A DNA stretch of 62,361 bases, filler included, from Choristocarpus tenellus KU-1152 (GCA_964200185.2; 9 parts of 9 records of this genome joined end to end with filler, not necessarily neighbours in it), one strand, 5' to 3'; counted from the first letter of the whole stretch, positions 1-18,316 are shown. Notes: generated from the letters alone by a model not told the origin. Numbers and translations are program-made.

Positions 1-127
1 GAGCTGGGAAGGGGGGGGATGTTGCTGATGAAATGTGAACAAAAAGGAGGATATAGGGTTGAGCATCAGGCCAATGGGTATCAAATGGCAAAAAAATGGT
101 CTGAGGCTACAACCATCCTTCAAGGGG

Positions 128-232
128 CCTAACCCTAACCCCACCCTAACCCTAACCCTAACCCTACCTTACGGTCTAAAAAATGAAGATCTTAAGTGAT
201 ACTCAATCCATGGCGGTGACCCTAACCCTAAC
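128..232. repeat. Interstitial telomeric-type (CCCTAA)n tracts
   Basis: cctaaccctaaccccaccctaaccctaaccctaaccctacc at ~128-168 and ccctaaccctaacc at ~220-232. Confidence 0.9.
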
Positions 233-722
233 CCCCTACCTGCAACAGCCTCTCAAACTGAAAGAGAGATATGATTTTTATTGTTTTTTTCTGCCAATTG
301 ACTTGTTGCATAAGCTGGATCTTGCTGCAATAGGCGCATCGGGACCAGGCTGGTTACAAGGGTTAGGGATGGGCAAAAGATGATATTCAGGTAAGCATTT
401 CCCTCAGTTAAAACCTCTGGTGTTATTCGCAACAGAGAGACTTGAACAGACTAGCCAAATGATGTTTGCTTGGCTACACCCTTCCCAGGGCGTGGATGAA
501 GGTTAGGGTTAGTGCTAGCACAAAGAGCTATTGTTCTCGTATGGTTATGATGATGAATAGTTGAGATAAGATGGAGACAAACTTAGGTTGGCCCATCAAG
601 TGCTCAGGTGAGGTATAGAGTTATTTAGGGCTGCCAGGAGATTAGGGAGAATGATGTGAATCCGGCAGAACTGAGAGCTGGAGGAGCTGTTGGTGGAGAA
701 GGATGTGATACCCACAGCTCAC

Positions 723-1337
723 CTCCATGTCAGAGGTCTTTCTTGTGCCAAAGAGCGTCACTCCCACCCGGTGCTTGTTGCTCGCTATTACTTTGTTCTT
801 CATCAGCTGCACTCCCAGTTCCATGGAAGCTCCAAAGAAAGTCTTTTGTCACCGCACCCCACCACACACACCCCAGACCATCATGTTCCCCAGCGAAGAC
901 AGGTACCCAAATATCAGAAATGATGCAGCTGGTCCAGTACATTTAAAGTTTTTGGCATCGAATACAGGATGTACCACCTGTTTGAAGCTACAGCTCAGCT
1001 CTATCACCAACTTTCCTCTAACAGCCCTCCCTAAGTACCGTCGACGATAGCCTAGACATCTCAATATGAAGCAAACATGGGGAATCTTGTGCAAAGTTCA
1101 AGGGAACATGCCGCCCTCAACCTCCCACGTACATGAGAAGAAAGGAGGTCGTCTCATCCACCTCTTTCCTACCCCTCGTCTCACCTTGCTTCCGTCTTGC
1201 AGTTTCTCGAACATACTCTTGCGTGCGTCAACAAGAAGGATTACATGGTCATTGGGAGACTTCCTGGTAACCTCCTCATCCCCACCCTCGCCCTCCTCCC
1301 ACTCATCTTTCTCGCCATATGCTCCCTCTGAAGACAT
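723..1337 (-). CDS. KU70: Ku70 (XRCC6), first two coding exons (vWA domain N-terminus); remainder not resolved or outside the window
   Basis: Exons 1337-1185 and 842-723 join in phase 0 (GTGAG donors, AAG acceptor). Translation: MSSEGAYGEKDEWEEGEGGDEEVTRKSPNDHVILLVDARKSMFEKLQDGSK|TFFGASMELGVQLMKNKVIASNKHRVGVTLFGTRKTSDME. The acidic N-terminus, D-x-VILLVDA-x-SM and K-VI-x-S-x-x-VGV-x-FGT are Ku70 hallmarks. Confidence 0.85.
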
Positions 1338-2399
1338 GCTGTTGTAGGCAAACGAACGATAGAACGGTTGAGCATTTTCGTCGAGACGTAGAGGGCAAGA
1401 AACAAAAATCCATCTATAGCAAACTTCAATGGCATGTCTTCAGATGCTCCAATGTAGTTGATGATTTTGTGAACTGTCTAAATGGTCCATCCAAGCCCAA
1501 GAAACGTGAGGAAGCGAAAGCATCTGTTCCTGGCTAGTTCATGGAATCTTCACGCAAGACAGAGCTAATTTTTTATTGCATTGCTTGATTGTGAGTGCAG
1601 ATGGGGGCCTTGCATCCCATTGTCATAAAGCACAAAGTGCTCAGTTTATTGCCATCGAAGTTCAAAAATTTGAAAATTGGGTACAACATGACACATGGTC
1701 GTCTACTTCTCAGTTCCCATTTACAAAGCAACCATCTTCCCGTGACCTATGAAAGAGCGCCTGGTTCAAATTACGACACTTGAAGGGCAATCAGAGTGTA
1801 CATAGGCGGATCTGGTCCTCCAGGATCTTTTTGAATGCAATCTCCTTCTCAGCTCAGGATGCTCATCGCGGGAAAGATAGCCCACCTTGATTTTGATTGC
1901 CTAGGTGCAACTTATATATTCTGGTGGTACAGAAGGGAGTTAAAGTGTGTTATGTTCACGAAGATTGCATATCAGAGCGCAGTGCAGGCCATTGCTGGAG
2001 ACAGTAACACTAAGGAGGGATAATGAGAGCAAATTAGCAAATTTGTTTCCAATACTACAAGTGTATATACACACAGAAATAGTAATACTCATCTTATCTC
2101 CAATTATTCTGGGTGTAACCCTAACCCTTCACGTAGTGTACATCATTTTATTTGTTGTATGACAACAAAAACTTTAGAGATGGGAAGAGTGTTGGTAGTC
2201 CAAACCCACGTAGTATCAAGTACTAATAATAACCGTCCCACAAACCTGGACGGAAATCTTCTACAATGTCTTTAGTCAGGCGCAGAAGCCAACGTGGACA
2301 AGGGCTTAACACTTGCGCCTTTGCTCAAAAACTCGTGCAAGGTAGACAGATACCTCATCCAGAATTTTGCTTCAGAGTTAAACGTTTTTTACGGGTGGA

Positions 2400-2900
2400 G
2401 GAGCCACTCTCCAATAATGGGTGCCCAGTGGACGGATGAAGGAGCCAAGAGGTGGACACCAGCCATGCTCACACGTGCCCCTGAGCTGTTGGCCAAGTAC
2501 GGCAACATTCACCCATGGTCTAGCAACTAGGCAACATCTGCAGGTACAGACAGGTGAACCTTGCATGTTGGAGGAGGACAGCCCTTTAATCATCAATGCA
2601 CTTTCCGTGTGGATGCAGTCTTCCATACAGGACCTCTCTCCACTGAAGCTGCTGCCCCCTATACGCTACTGCTGGATATAGCCTTCGCTGGAGTACAAGG
2701 AGATTGCCGCCTCCTCAGCTCATTATCCAACAATGCCACCACCGTTGCTGGAGCAGAGGTCCGTAAGCGTAACAACTACGAGGGATCTGTTAACCCTTGC
2801 AGTTTTAACTCTGCCACCTTATCGGTAGAAAGCTTCAGGCATATTGGCACACAGGCAGAACTATTTCTGTATGAGCGAGCGACACATGTGTAGGAGGTAG
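2400..2900 (+). mobile_element. Degenerate CRE-like non-LTR retrotransposon fragment (Zn-knuckle plus restriction-like endonuclease)
   Basis: Across stops and a frameshift: SHAHTCP*AVGQVRQHSPMV...HVGGGQPFNHQCTFRVDAVF...LLLDIAFA...AEVRKRNNY...ATLSVESFRHIG. This fits the H-x-x-x-C...QH, R-x-D, D, K-x-x-x-Y and VESFG-x-x-G layout of restriction-like endonuclease (RLE) domains. Confidence 0.7.
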
Positions 2901-4539
2901 GGGGACTGAGGGTTTCCTTGTAAAGTCACGGTTAACGCAGATTATTTCAGCCACTGGTCAAGTGACCATACCGTGAAGATTTTTTTGCTTTAAATTAGAG
3001 ACTACAGGTCATTGCGCTGAGGGACACTTAACATGTTCATAGAATTCTTCCCTTTGTTCTTCGCCACCTTTCTTTATAGAGTAAGATATCTTGGGTGTTG
3101 CTTTTAGTTGTTTTCTGGTTCATCCATTGTTGTTTTACATAGCATTTGGTGTATCTCATGTAAAATAAATCCTTTCTGGGTTATGTTTCTGGAAAGCACA
3201 ATTAATTGTCTGTTTTCATATTTTTTATCATTATGTTATTTTATCATAATATCGCCATGTGACATATAGTCTTACACTGTTTGAAGTTCGTTGTGAGAAA
3301 TCCCAGATTCCAGTGAAGGGTCTTTCGTGAGATCAAGGTGTGGAAGCTTTTCAAGAGACGAATCCTTTAGTGGTGGATATGTCTTCAATTACAATAGAGA
3401 TGTCAAACATCAAATATCCTCGTTGTTACGACGTCTTGACATGTCTGGTGATCCCCCTCTCGTATATCCTTCCACCCTGGAATTCTCTGCAGTTCTCTGC
3501 AGTTTTTTCACTTGTCCAACCTTAGCCCTCGTCCTCTTGGCTACTGTTTGATTTGGTCTGTCTGGTCCGTCTTGCTCGGTGATTCTCCTCAACAGTTTTC
3601 CCTGAGTGAACCACGTCGCCACAGAATCATACTATTCACATTGGTGACACCCTTGAATTTATATATAGGGCGATGGATAGTTTTCTTATATCTGACCAAC
3701 ACATAAAACACGAAAACCATAAGAATATGTCATCAACAAGAACATATTGCACAACTTGTCGAGGAAACAAAAAGAGAGAAGAAGAAGGGCGACGAGAGCA
3801 AGTAAGCCTAAGACATGGGGTCATCCAACAATCATGACTTCGACACAGGTTTTTCTGATCATTCCTCACCGCCATCCAACAGTTCAGAACCTGCGTATCA
3901 TAGACGAGGTTCCTATCTCCTACAGCAGATCGTCGGGGTGGTGAAGAAGCAGTGTCGTCGACCTTTGAGCATCATGTCCGCTCAGCTGACACCCATCGTA
4001 TCCTCTTTCAGGACAGTCCAGTTCCCTCTCCACGTTCGACTACTCATGAAGTGGCTGCTTCGCAGGCATAGTTCAGAGATACCTTCCCTGCATTCATTGT
4101 GCTCCACGTCAAAGAGTGTGCAAGAACAAAATGCCGTGCTACCTGAATGACCACAGGATCTCCTGAAACCCCAGGTCTGTTGGATACTGCTAATCCTATA
4201 AGACCTGCCGGAAAACAAGGCTACCAGTCAAAGTAAACGAGTCGTACCTAGAGTTGCATTTTAAGGATGCTGAAACATATGTGGAAAATTCGACTTTATT
4301 TACAAATAAATGCGTGTAGGATTTTTCTGGATTTCTGTCGACAAGTCTCACACAATAGAAAAATCAATGTTCTCAAGTCCAACTTAGCACTTCATCCACA
4401 GAAATATGGGTAAATTTCATAAAGATTGAAAAACTGGCATAAAATTCAAAACGACAAAATCTAGGTACCTCTCGTATACTTCAGGTGGATGTTTGCACTC
4501 ACATCCAACACCTAAAAGAAATTGTTATGTCTAATAACC

Positions 4540-4815
4540 GCTCAGAGTTGTTTGAGGTAGGGAGGGTGTTCGAATAGACTCCTCCAACTGTAACGGGTAT
4601 TACTAGTAGTATATATGCAGAGTCAGAATACAATAATCTTTAGCTGGTTAACATATTTCATGTACAAAGTAGTGCACGCAAATTGATATTCCCCCTTGCC
4701 ACACATGATGTGACATGACAAAGATTCTTTCCCCAGTTGTATATAATGTCATATTTTTGACCTTTTTTGGAATCCTTGAAATGCAACCCTGCCTACCTCT
4801 CAGTTAGTTTGACTC
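4540..4815. mobile_element. MITE family C copy (degenerate left end)
   Basis: Right terminus ctacctctcagttagtttgactc; the interior matches copies at 16854 and 49115. Confidence 0.65.
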
Positions 4816-4899
4816 TTAGCTGATTATTCTGATTATCCTCTAAGTAGCTCAGGGGTATATTAAAGGTTCTAACAGAGTCCACTCGTGTAGCAGGGATTT

Positions 4900-6420
4900 T
4901 CAAAATACCAGGGGCAAGTTTGGCAGGCACGGAGTATTGAGCTTCTTTCCCGTCATTGCCTAATTAAATTGCTGGGAGCCTTTCTCCTGCAACCTTGAAG
5001 TCATCAACCTCTACATGTAATGCTTGCTCCGAATGCTCTCTGACCATGTGTCTGCTCCACTATACCATCACCACCAGCTGGACTCCCCCCTCCAATTTCA
5101 AGGGAATCTCTAACGAACGCCTTGTGTCATTTATGGGAGGGCTTCCCCCACTCATGATGGACAATATATGGATAAGGGCATAGTTCCACCCCTGGTCTAT
5201 TATCTGCCTATTGTGCTCTGTGCTCCTACCTCCTCCACAATGCCTAGAACTTTCAACTCCACAAATGTCTTCCATCATGACTTTCTCTTGAATCCGAAGG
5301 GTTGTTGATTTTGAGATCCAGACAAGTAGCCAGGACCTGCATCCACTTCAACCCTTTGGGTTGCTTGTTGTCACCCCCAGACTAATGGACGTTATTCCTC
5401 CGTGTATCAAAGTGTTCCACAAAATCAGATAACATCTCACTTGTGAATTCGCATACCGCAATTCTCTTTCACCTGTTTAGAGGTGGTGGCTTTGGAGGCA
5501 CTACGGGCTTGCAGTGCTTTCTCGAGCTCCACCAGTACAGGCTCAAAGTATCTGGGAGGGGGTCTACAACAGGGTATCCACTCGGGCCCTGACCAGGAGA
5601 ATCGAACTTACATTACCCATCCCATACATGCAACCAAATCACGCAAAAATCGCGAAACGGAAAAATGGGCCACGAATGGACATTCACCACCCCCCTCCAG
5701 ATACTTTGAGCCTACATCATCATAGATAATGGGAACAATTGGAAACACTGTCACGCATGTGAAAGAAAGAAGGAATGGGGCATCTGTGATAGATGTCAAC
5801 ATATATTACGAAAGAAGTTACATGCAGTATTTATCAACAGGTTTGACAAGTGACGGGTAAGTGACAGGTGACTTCTGCCATTCCTTCCTTGCAGAAGCGC
5901 TTCCAATTTCTGTTTTAGTCTAGAGTATATCCTGTTCCAACTGGCTACCTCCCACTCAAGTGCTCACATACGTTTTGAGTGACCATGATGTTCTCTAGAA
6001 CGATCGCAGGTTTGAGGTATAGGAAGGCGTTCACCATGTAATAAGTGGATCACCAACGAGTTGGTATATGTCCTGCATCATGTTTTTTTCCACAATACTC
6101 AACATCCTGCAACTCTCCCCCAATCGTTCCTTGCAGTGGCTGGAGTTTGAATAGGCACCAACAGCTGCCTGAGCTGGTTTCATGGCATCTTTTGTTCCTT
6201 TCCTCGTTGAATGCTATATCAGCCACACCCCCCAAATGTAGATCTATGCAATGGTGGGTCGTGATACAGTGGTCCTACTCCATCAAGCGAACCAACTTGA
6301 TCATCAATGACTAACTGTCTGCCTTCAAGGCAGATTCTGCGTCTTTACCTGACCCTTCACCTCCCTTGACATCAACCTCCACACACAAAGGGCATATCTT
6401 GTGGACAGATCAACTTTGAC
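4900..6420 (-). pseudogene. Decayed hAT-superfamily transposase, interrupted by a MITE
   Basis: Minus-strand remnants HHCIDLHLGGVADIAF (C-x-x-H-like), HIPTRW*STYYMVNAFLYLKPAI (TRWxST-x-x-M motif) and QPKGLKWMQVLATCLDLK (AT-x-LDP-like). Multiple stops and frameshifts. Confidence 0.7.
5540..5712. mobile_element. MITE family A, full copy (173 bp)
   Basis: TIRs GGCTCAAAGTATCTGG...CCAGATACTTTGAGCC; 4-bp TSD TACA at 5536-5539 and 5713-5716. Confidence 0.9.
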
Positions 6421-7500
6421 TTGTCTAGGTACCCACCCTCAGCTGTCTTTGGAGTACCTGGGCATATCATATATCTTTCTATTCAGTTCTAGGTATGTTA
6501 GTGATGCTTTATTTGGTTGTTTGTGTGCTTGTGTTTGTCCCTCCTCCTGGAAATATAGGGGGTGATAAAAGCAACTGAATAATCGGTCCCAAGAATCTCG
6601 GTTTCGATTAAACTTCGATTTAGTTGAATCGGAATGATTCAATCGCTACGACTAACAAGATTTGAATCTGAATGTTTTTTTTGTCTTTGTGGTAAACGCT
6701 TTGATGTTTTTTTATGGGTATTTTTCTGTAATTATTATTTTTGTACTTTTGTTAATATATTTTCAAGTTATCTTTTCATTTCTATTTAATGTTTTTTGTA
6801 GTGTGAAATTGATGAAATATGAACAAAAATTATCAAAATTTGTTGACCCTCCAATTTTGTCTTACACCAGAATTAGCACCCACTCCGTACCTGGGACTCA
6901 ATGAGTCGATATGAAGGAATAAATCTAGTCGTGTTCAGTTTATCTGACACTGTCAACGGTCCCAAATTCCTTTCTCTGTTTTATTCCCCAATTTCTGTGT
7001 CTGTATGTGTCTTTTGTACATTCTTGTCCTCTACTATTTTCAGGAATTATTCCTGACTGCCATCTTTGCGTGCATCAAGCTCATGCATGCGTTGAATCAA
7101 TAATCAATTGCACTAACCTGGAACTCAACAAACCGGACCTAGCCAACAGTACACACACTACCATTATTTAACACATTAATAAAGTGATCTTCTCAAACCT
7201 CCCTGTGGTCAGAGGTTGCTTGTTAAGAAGAATGACGGATGTCATGATCTTGTATTCCTGTATCCTCCTTCTGTTTGCTGTTGGTTATCTTGGTGCTTAA
7301 TTTATCATTTTGGAGGTACACATTGGCTTATCTGGGCGTTGGTTTATAATTGCATGAGCCATGCCATATTCGATAGGGTTTATACTCAGGCCCTCTTGAG
7401 TATTATTTTCTTTTTCATACCTGACACCCCCATTCGCATCCCTAAAATATAAGCAACCTTCCTTGCAGACTGTGATTGCAGAAAAGGAGAAAAAGGTCCT

Positions 7501-8018
7501 GATCCAAACCAACTGAGAGGTAGATAAGCTTGCATTTCAAGTACATATATCGAGAAAGGGCAAAAAAATGCTATCTGGTGCTACTATTGCAGATAGTCTT
7601 TGCTGCATTTTTGTGTCACTTTGTGTGTAGGGGAAATATAAGTTCTCTGTATACCGTTGCGCATATAAAACAATGAACCAGAGTGTTGACCAAAGTATCT
7701 TAGAGGGTAGAGCCGTGTGGATTGGGGGCCAAATCCAATGTTGCGATTTCGAAGTAATTTTGACTATCGTGTTTGTTAGAAAGTGTCGATATCCTTGCTC
7801 TGGACACACCTTTTCAGGACGTAAAAAAATTATCTATTCCGAAACATTTTGGAGTAGGAAAATGCCATAAAAACCCCAAGGGAAGCCAAGCCCCAAATGG
7901 ACAAACAAGGCAAAACTCGTACCCTCTAAGATAATTTCACTCTGTAGGGGACAGGTCAAGAAGGATGACTTAGAATGCAAAAGGGTCCAAATCTGCCAAC
8001 CTCGAATTAATTTGGCTC
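7501..8018. mobile_element. MITE family C copy containing a nested family B copy (7688-7942)
   Basis: Outer left end gatccaaaccaactgagaggtag and right end tttggctc. Inner copy gaccaaagtatcttagagggta...taccctctaagataatttcactc. Confidence 0.75.
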
Positions 8019-9139
8019 TCGCATCCATTGAGCTGGATAGAGAGACTGATTTGACCGATCCGGGCTTCTAGAGTGGGCTTATTCGCACATTGGGTCGGTT
8101 ACTTCCTTGTGTACAACATGAAAGAGCCTCTTCTGGATTACCACTCTTCTGTACTACTATGCTAGGAGTAATATTGCTCCTCCCGAAGAGATTGCCTCTT
8201 GTATGTTGTTGACACCACCCTGGTCCTTCTCTGCTTGTTTGTGCCTTACTGGTGTATAGTGTCAAGGGTACTCTGACTTCTAAAGTTGACACAATTCCTT
8301 TATTACAAATTGGTGATATTGTTCGATGAGAAATGTAACACAAAACCCCAATCAAAGCACTTCAAGACGCATAGATTATACACTACGGATGGTTACTGTT
8401 ACAGGCGCCCCTCAGAACTCACCTCCACAGGATGTATACCTCAAATCCAATTCACAGATTAACACACGTCCGCTCAGCAGAACAGGAGTACTCTCAGGTG
8501 AATCAAGTAGCACAAGGAAGTGTGTTTATCGGGATCAGTTAAGAGAGAACAAAGAAAAACTGAATAGGCGAGTCCTCTAGGTCAGAAGAACTGAGCCGTT
8601 TGGAGCCGTTTTTAGGATCTCTTACAATCATTTACCGCTGGGGCTTCTTCTGGTTTTACAAACATTGGAATATATCTGAGAACCTTTGCGACCTTTCCAT
8701 CTGGGACCCTTTGCGACTTTCCCGAGTTACAGATTTTATTCTGCAACTTTTTGGCAAATCGGAGTTCTCCCTTATTGGGTTCCGGTTAAAGCGCGGAAAG
8801 AAATACTCGCGCTATTCGCCTGTAACATCACATCAAGAGGTTCTAAGACAGGGAGCGATAAATGGAAGCCATGTGTATAAGAAGAAAAAAAATGCAAAAA
8901 AGAGAGCTGGGAGACGGATACAGACAGAAAGCAATGGAGATATAATCATGAGGTATACCTATATTTTGTCCAGAAAACACAGGCAGTATCATTACCAAGG
9001 TACAGTTCGAAAAAAGAGGGTGCTAGGAAAAACAGCACCAAAGAGGTCCACCAATGAGACCTCAACTCACTTGAGCGAAAACAAGTTTGGACCACAAGAG
9101 TGTTAGTAGTATGTGATCATAAGTATGTTTACGTGGTCT

Positions 9140-10000
9140 GAGCGTCACCTCACTGACTTGCACATTGGTACTTCAACTAGTTTATTATGGTGACCTTGCA
9201 GGTGTTAAGCTCTTGTCAAAGAAATGCACATATTCAAATCAAGATTTGAGGGAGAAGTCGGAGAACAACGAGGGGGATAGCTGAGCCCAGTTTACGAGAG
9301 AAAATGCAAGGACATGCACGGAGTAGTGCAATTAGTCATAGTGCAATAGTTAGTTCGTAGTTATCATTGTAAAGTAGCAATGGAGTGTTTAGTACCTCTT
9401 ACCATGATGGTTCGGGCTACATTCGTATAATCTATTCTCCGACTAAGGTGCAGATATTATATTAATGAGTCAAACCAACTGAGAGGTAGACATGTTTGGA
9501 CCCTCTTGCATCTTTCTTACCCTTTGCAATACACTCTATTTCGTTGCTTTATGTGTGCAATAGTGCACTCAATATTGATATCCCCCCTTCTTTATACACA
9601 CAAAGCGACACCACAATTTTTTTAAAAGTTATTTCCGCAGGTACACAAAGTTACGTCTTTTTGTCCTTTCTTGAGATGCTTAAATGAAACTTTACTTCTC
9701 GGTTTCGCAAAACAATATGTTGCTTCATACTCTTGCTATTAATATTATTCTACATCATATTCTGGAAGCTACTACCCTTCGTCAGAAGCTCAACACACTG
9801 CGCTACTTCTCATGATACTACCTGCTGTTGCACTACGACTAATTGCACTCTCTCTCATTAACATTTTTCTTCTTGTGGTTAGGTTCAGTCATCCCATCTC
9901 CCTTCACTCTGTCTTTTCCTTCGAATCTTGCTCTTGTGGTGGACCAGTCTTGATGTCGCTTCGCGTTGAGACCTTGGTAAATTGATTAGGGACTTCCACA
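9140..10000. mobile_element. Two oppositely oriented degenerate ~250-bp repeats (solo-LTR-like family D) flanking a family C MITE (9467-~9710)
   Basis: 9760-10000 (cactgcgctacttc...gcactacgactaattgcact...tcgaatcttg) resembles the reverse complement of 9140-9421 and the copy at 47865-48102. The MITE starts gagtcaaaccaactgagaggtag at 9467. Confidence 0.5.
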
Positions 10001-10664
10001 ATTTGTGGCATGGAATCCGTACATGGGTTCGACAACACCACATCATATTTCTAAGAAAAGGAGTTTACTCCTACTACAACTGCTTAACTACTTACTATAC
10101 TACTATTGACTGTACTACTACTGACTGTAGGACTATTATTATTTACGATGAAGGATTTGAAATGTGAGGTCACAATAATATATATATATGGAGGGTTTGA
10201 ACACCTCAATCTGATACAAAAGATATATCCATTTAACCAATCAGTTTCTAGCTTAGACTTGATTAGAGGTAGTAGTTGTAGATTCAATGACTAGTCGATA
10301 TTGTCATTAGGTATTACTAACCGAATATTGTTTCTTGTTGTATATTTGTACAAAAAACAAAATACACTTGCATGTCATATTAAAAAATAATATTATTATA
10401 TGTCGATTATAGATATAACAAGATATATAGCTCAGAAGATATATGCAATTAATAAGAAAATCACTAATATATCAGTCCTTCTATATAATCAAGTAATAAG
10501 TTCAACTGTCATCAGAAGAGAATGTTTGAAGAACTTCTACCAAACCTATCAATTTTTGGTTTATGAAGTTGAGTCGAGAGCCAGTTGACGTCCCAACACT
10601 CTTTCCACCACTCCTCAGTTCAGTCTAAAGGCTTACACCTAAGTTCCAAATACCTACCCCAAAA

Positions 10665-14767
<4,103 letters not shown>

Positions 14768-16853
14768 ACTCTTTGCGTATACAGAATGGCGTCTGGGGGG
14801 TATCTGGGTCCTAGGTAGATAGCCATCCCACTAGTAATAAGGCAATGAAAGAAAAAAGTGCATGAATTGTTAGGTTGAGAGTTGGATTTGGTGAGATGTG
14901 ATAGTATGGGATGAAGATGATCCTTCATGTGTTGGATCCGTCTCATGCTGCTACTGCTGCTGCTGGATTCATGTAGTGCCACATTGATTTGGTGATTGTG
15001 ATGCCATAATTGTGGTATCAATAGGATGAGGGATTTGGTGTGCAGTTATTTGCCAGTATAGCCCTTGTATATGTGGGATCAGAGTACGCTGTATGTATTG
15101 ACCCCTTCATTCAGTCAGCGTTGGATAACTAAAAATCAGTTATGGGAGAGTATCTTGTTGACATCCCTGTGTTGGATATAGCCCTTTTGCTAGTTGCATA
15201 AGCTGTGTCACTGCAAGAATGAGCAGGGGTTGTTAATTTGTCCTATCACAGGACATTTTTTTCGTAACCCTCTTAAGTTGTGCTTTGCAGAGTTGATGGT
15301 TTCAGTTTAGAGGCAATTTTGGATAGTGGACAGTGATGATAAGGTACCCATATTAATCTTTTGCTTACATATTATGCTTTGCTTGTAGTAGGACATCATG
15401 GTCTCCGATAATTCAAAGTATACTACCAGAAGGGACAAAACACAATTTGAAGTCTGGTTACTCTGACTCTTGGACAACAGATATGGACACCTCAGTATGT
15501 TGGGTGTACAGTGGGAAGTGGTACAATGGACATACTGCAATGATGTTGTGAAGTAACACATGGCTACAGGCCTGCTTGTCTATGGTTGAAATCAGATATT
15601 ACCAGGTTCTGTAATTTTTTCAAGCTCTCTACTCCTAGTAATATAAACCCTAGAATACTAAAGAATTTACCCAATTTTTGTTGCTTCCGTAACATCATTT
15701 CAGTGTAGTATAGATAACTCTTTTTAGTATATATCCTTCATTGGACAGTGCGTTTAGGACTCTCCATGTGATTATCAGTACCACATGATTTTATGTGGCG
15801 TTTTCTGGTTAAATATTTACAAAAAGGGGTGTATATAGTGTAAGGAAGTAAAATGGGAGAAGGAATCAGTTTTCGCTACAATATTAATGATTGAGGTAAG
15901 GAGGATGGTCGAGTGAAACAGATCAGGTGATTTTATTCAGCAGTGAGTACAGTAACTGTGAAGAGGTGTGAAGTCTTGACGACCGAGTGTAGAAAAACCT
16001 ATTGCTAGCAGACAAATGATATTGTGTAACAAGTCAGGTAAAGATTCCCCTCATGGACCAAAGTGGTCAACTTGGTTCTGAGCGTGAACCAACACGTACA
16101 ACCCCTTGAAGGTTGCTGGGGATGACTGTTAAAGCTTGAACGTCTTTGGTGTATCTATCGTGCTTGCTTTTTTGTCTGAAAGCACCACACTTAGTGAACA
16201 TGCTGTGTTTTATGAGTGGGCAGGCTCTTTCCACCACCAAGCCACAGTATTGACCCTGTGTTTCAAATCCTTCCAGGGGTTAAGGTCTATCTAGAAAATT
16301 CCCTACTATAGTCAATCTAACTTCTCCAAAAGACGAAGGCAATGCTGTTGCAGGCTCATTTTCTAGCTACAGATAACTTTGCAAGGGAGTAGTACTTGTG
16401 GTCCTTTCAAAAACCTCTTGCACCTCTGCACAAACTGAGAAGTAACTTACCATTACCTAAATGGTTTGCTCATGATGTACATTATACACGCAGAATGTGA
16501 AGATGATACCTGTTTGATCATTGATTGGTGAATACATGACATGTTTTCTTGCTATTTATTTCGGAAGAATACTCCACTACTCTTCTATTTGTGTAGCAAG
16601 GTGTAACATGAATCGAATGCCGTCTTATTAGAGGAAGTTTTTGGCTGTTGTCACCAGAACAATTTGTGAAATTCCGAGAGCTTTTCGCGCTACCAACCAC
16701 ACTTGCTACCCAATCAAGATAGTCGAGATGGCACCAGCTCTATTCGAGCTCATCATGATCTTCGAGTTCAAGGTTGGTCTCCCATGCCCTATTTTTGTAT
16801 CAGAACAATTAGAATACGTGTGATGGCATTGTCATTATACCCTCTGTAGTTGT

Positions 16854-17124
16854 GAGTCAAAAATGAGAGAGGTAAGTCAGGTTCAGACCACTTTGCATTC
16901 TAAGTCATCTATCCTACCTTGTTGTGCAGTACACTCCATTCCATCGCTTTATTATGTGCAAAAATGTTCATGGAAGAAAATTGGTATTCCCCGTTTCCAT
17001 ATGCAAATTGACACTACAATTCAGCAGAGAGGCTGTCTTCAATTATTGCACCAAGTATCCTTTTGACCTTTCTCAGGATCCTTAAAATGCAACCCTGCCT
17101 ATTATCTCTGAGTTGGTTTGTCTC
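16854..17124. mobile_element. MITE family C copy
   Basis: gagtcaaaaatgagagaggta...ctctgagttggtttgtctc; the interior is colinear with 49115-49369. Confidence 0.75.
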
Positions 17125-18088
17125 TGTTCTATTTCCACTTCTATGTCGTATGTTCTTGTAACCACTGTCCTTCCTGTGTAGTAGTTGATTGTCTCTCTTC
17201 AATCAATGGTGTTGAATTCTCCTTGTCAGCGTTCCTCACTCACCCCTCACACAACATAAATAAGCATCAAGTAGTGAGAGAACGTGCTGTTTCTGGCAAG
17301 TACCACAGCAACAGTGATGACATCCATAATATTTTCCTGAGCAAACCGCCTTCCATTTTTCTATTTCATTTTGAGGATTTGAGATGCGCAGTCTCACAGT
17401 AGATAGGAGCAACAACAACCTACCTAGATACAATTAATGTTGAGAGCCACATCCACCTCGACCTCAGTCAGGATTTCAAAAGAAAACGACAACAAGAAGC
17501 AGAGGCTGTGGGATGTCAGCGGCCTCATGCACCAGAGAGTTGGCTTGAACTGAGCTGCGACGCAGGAAGGGGCTGGTAGGTGACAAAAAATATGTAGCTT
17601 GCTTGCAAACAGGTCTTTTTTCTCCCTCCTTTCACTTACTTGAAGACAATAATAATATCATAGTATTAGGGGTAGGTAACTCGAAACTATTCCTTTCTTG
17701 CTCCTCTCAGTTGTCAGAGTAGTGTTGGCGTCGTGATTTATATTCTAATTTTTTTTTCTTTCGATCTCTTTCTCGATGCACAAGCACCGTTAAAAACATA
17801 AAGTTATGTTTGTTTAAAGAATGTAAGAGAACAAAAATAGCAATATAACTATCGCTAAAAAAATACTAATTGTATTATTAGTACAACAAGGCGAAAAATG
17901 TTGTTACTAAGGTGACTACTTCTACAACAGTAGGTTCACCCTCTCTGTGTGTGTGGCAGTTCTGCTTTTTTTCACCTTATCGCCGCAACACATATACAAC
18001 AATATATAACAGGGGATTCGCAAAATTGAGGATGGCGCGGGACTATGAGGGATGGTTGTTTTGCGAAAAAAAAAAAAAAAAAGTACCT

Positions 18089-18188
18089 NNNNNNNNNNNN
18101 NNNNNNNNNNNNNNNNNNNNNNNNNNNNNNNNTTAATTAATTAANNNNNNNNNNNNNNNNNNNNNNNNNNNNNNNNNNNNNNNNNNNN
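18089..18188. other. Artificial contig linker; identical linkers at 23414-23513, 28424-28523, 31997-32096, 34926-35025, 38633-38732, 52593-52692 and 59196-59295
   Basis: 44 N + TTAATTAATTAA (stops in all six frames) + 44 N, repeated eight times. Confidence 0.99.
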
Positions 18189-18316
18189 GTAGCACTGTGG
18201 TGACCCCTAATGAAAATGAGGTATCACTAATCCCTCTCTCTCCCTTGTCATAGCATGTCCGAAATGTAACGAGGGATGGAAAAGGGAGATACTGAGGTCA
18301 CATGTATCTCACTCAC

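Noticed and set aside
8040-9106. 168-aa ORF at 8600-9106 and an adjacent possible Copia remnant
   Set aside because: No recognisable domain or consistent splice structure; probably spurious.
10005-10040. tRNA-like GGGTTCGA...CCA
   Set aside because: No cloverleaf or acceptor stem could be built; it is more likely an LTR/PBS-adjacent remnant.
16060-16850. Possible second hAT relic on the minus strand (VAWWWKE..., VIPS...)
   Set aside because: The motifs are too degraded and lie in inconsistent frames.
18133-18144. TTAATTAATTAA repeated eight times (possible piggyBac-type TTAA sites or a biological motif)
   Set aside because: It is always centred in 44+44 N and is an assembly spacer with six-frame stops.
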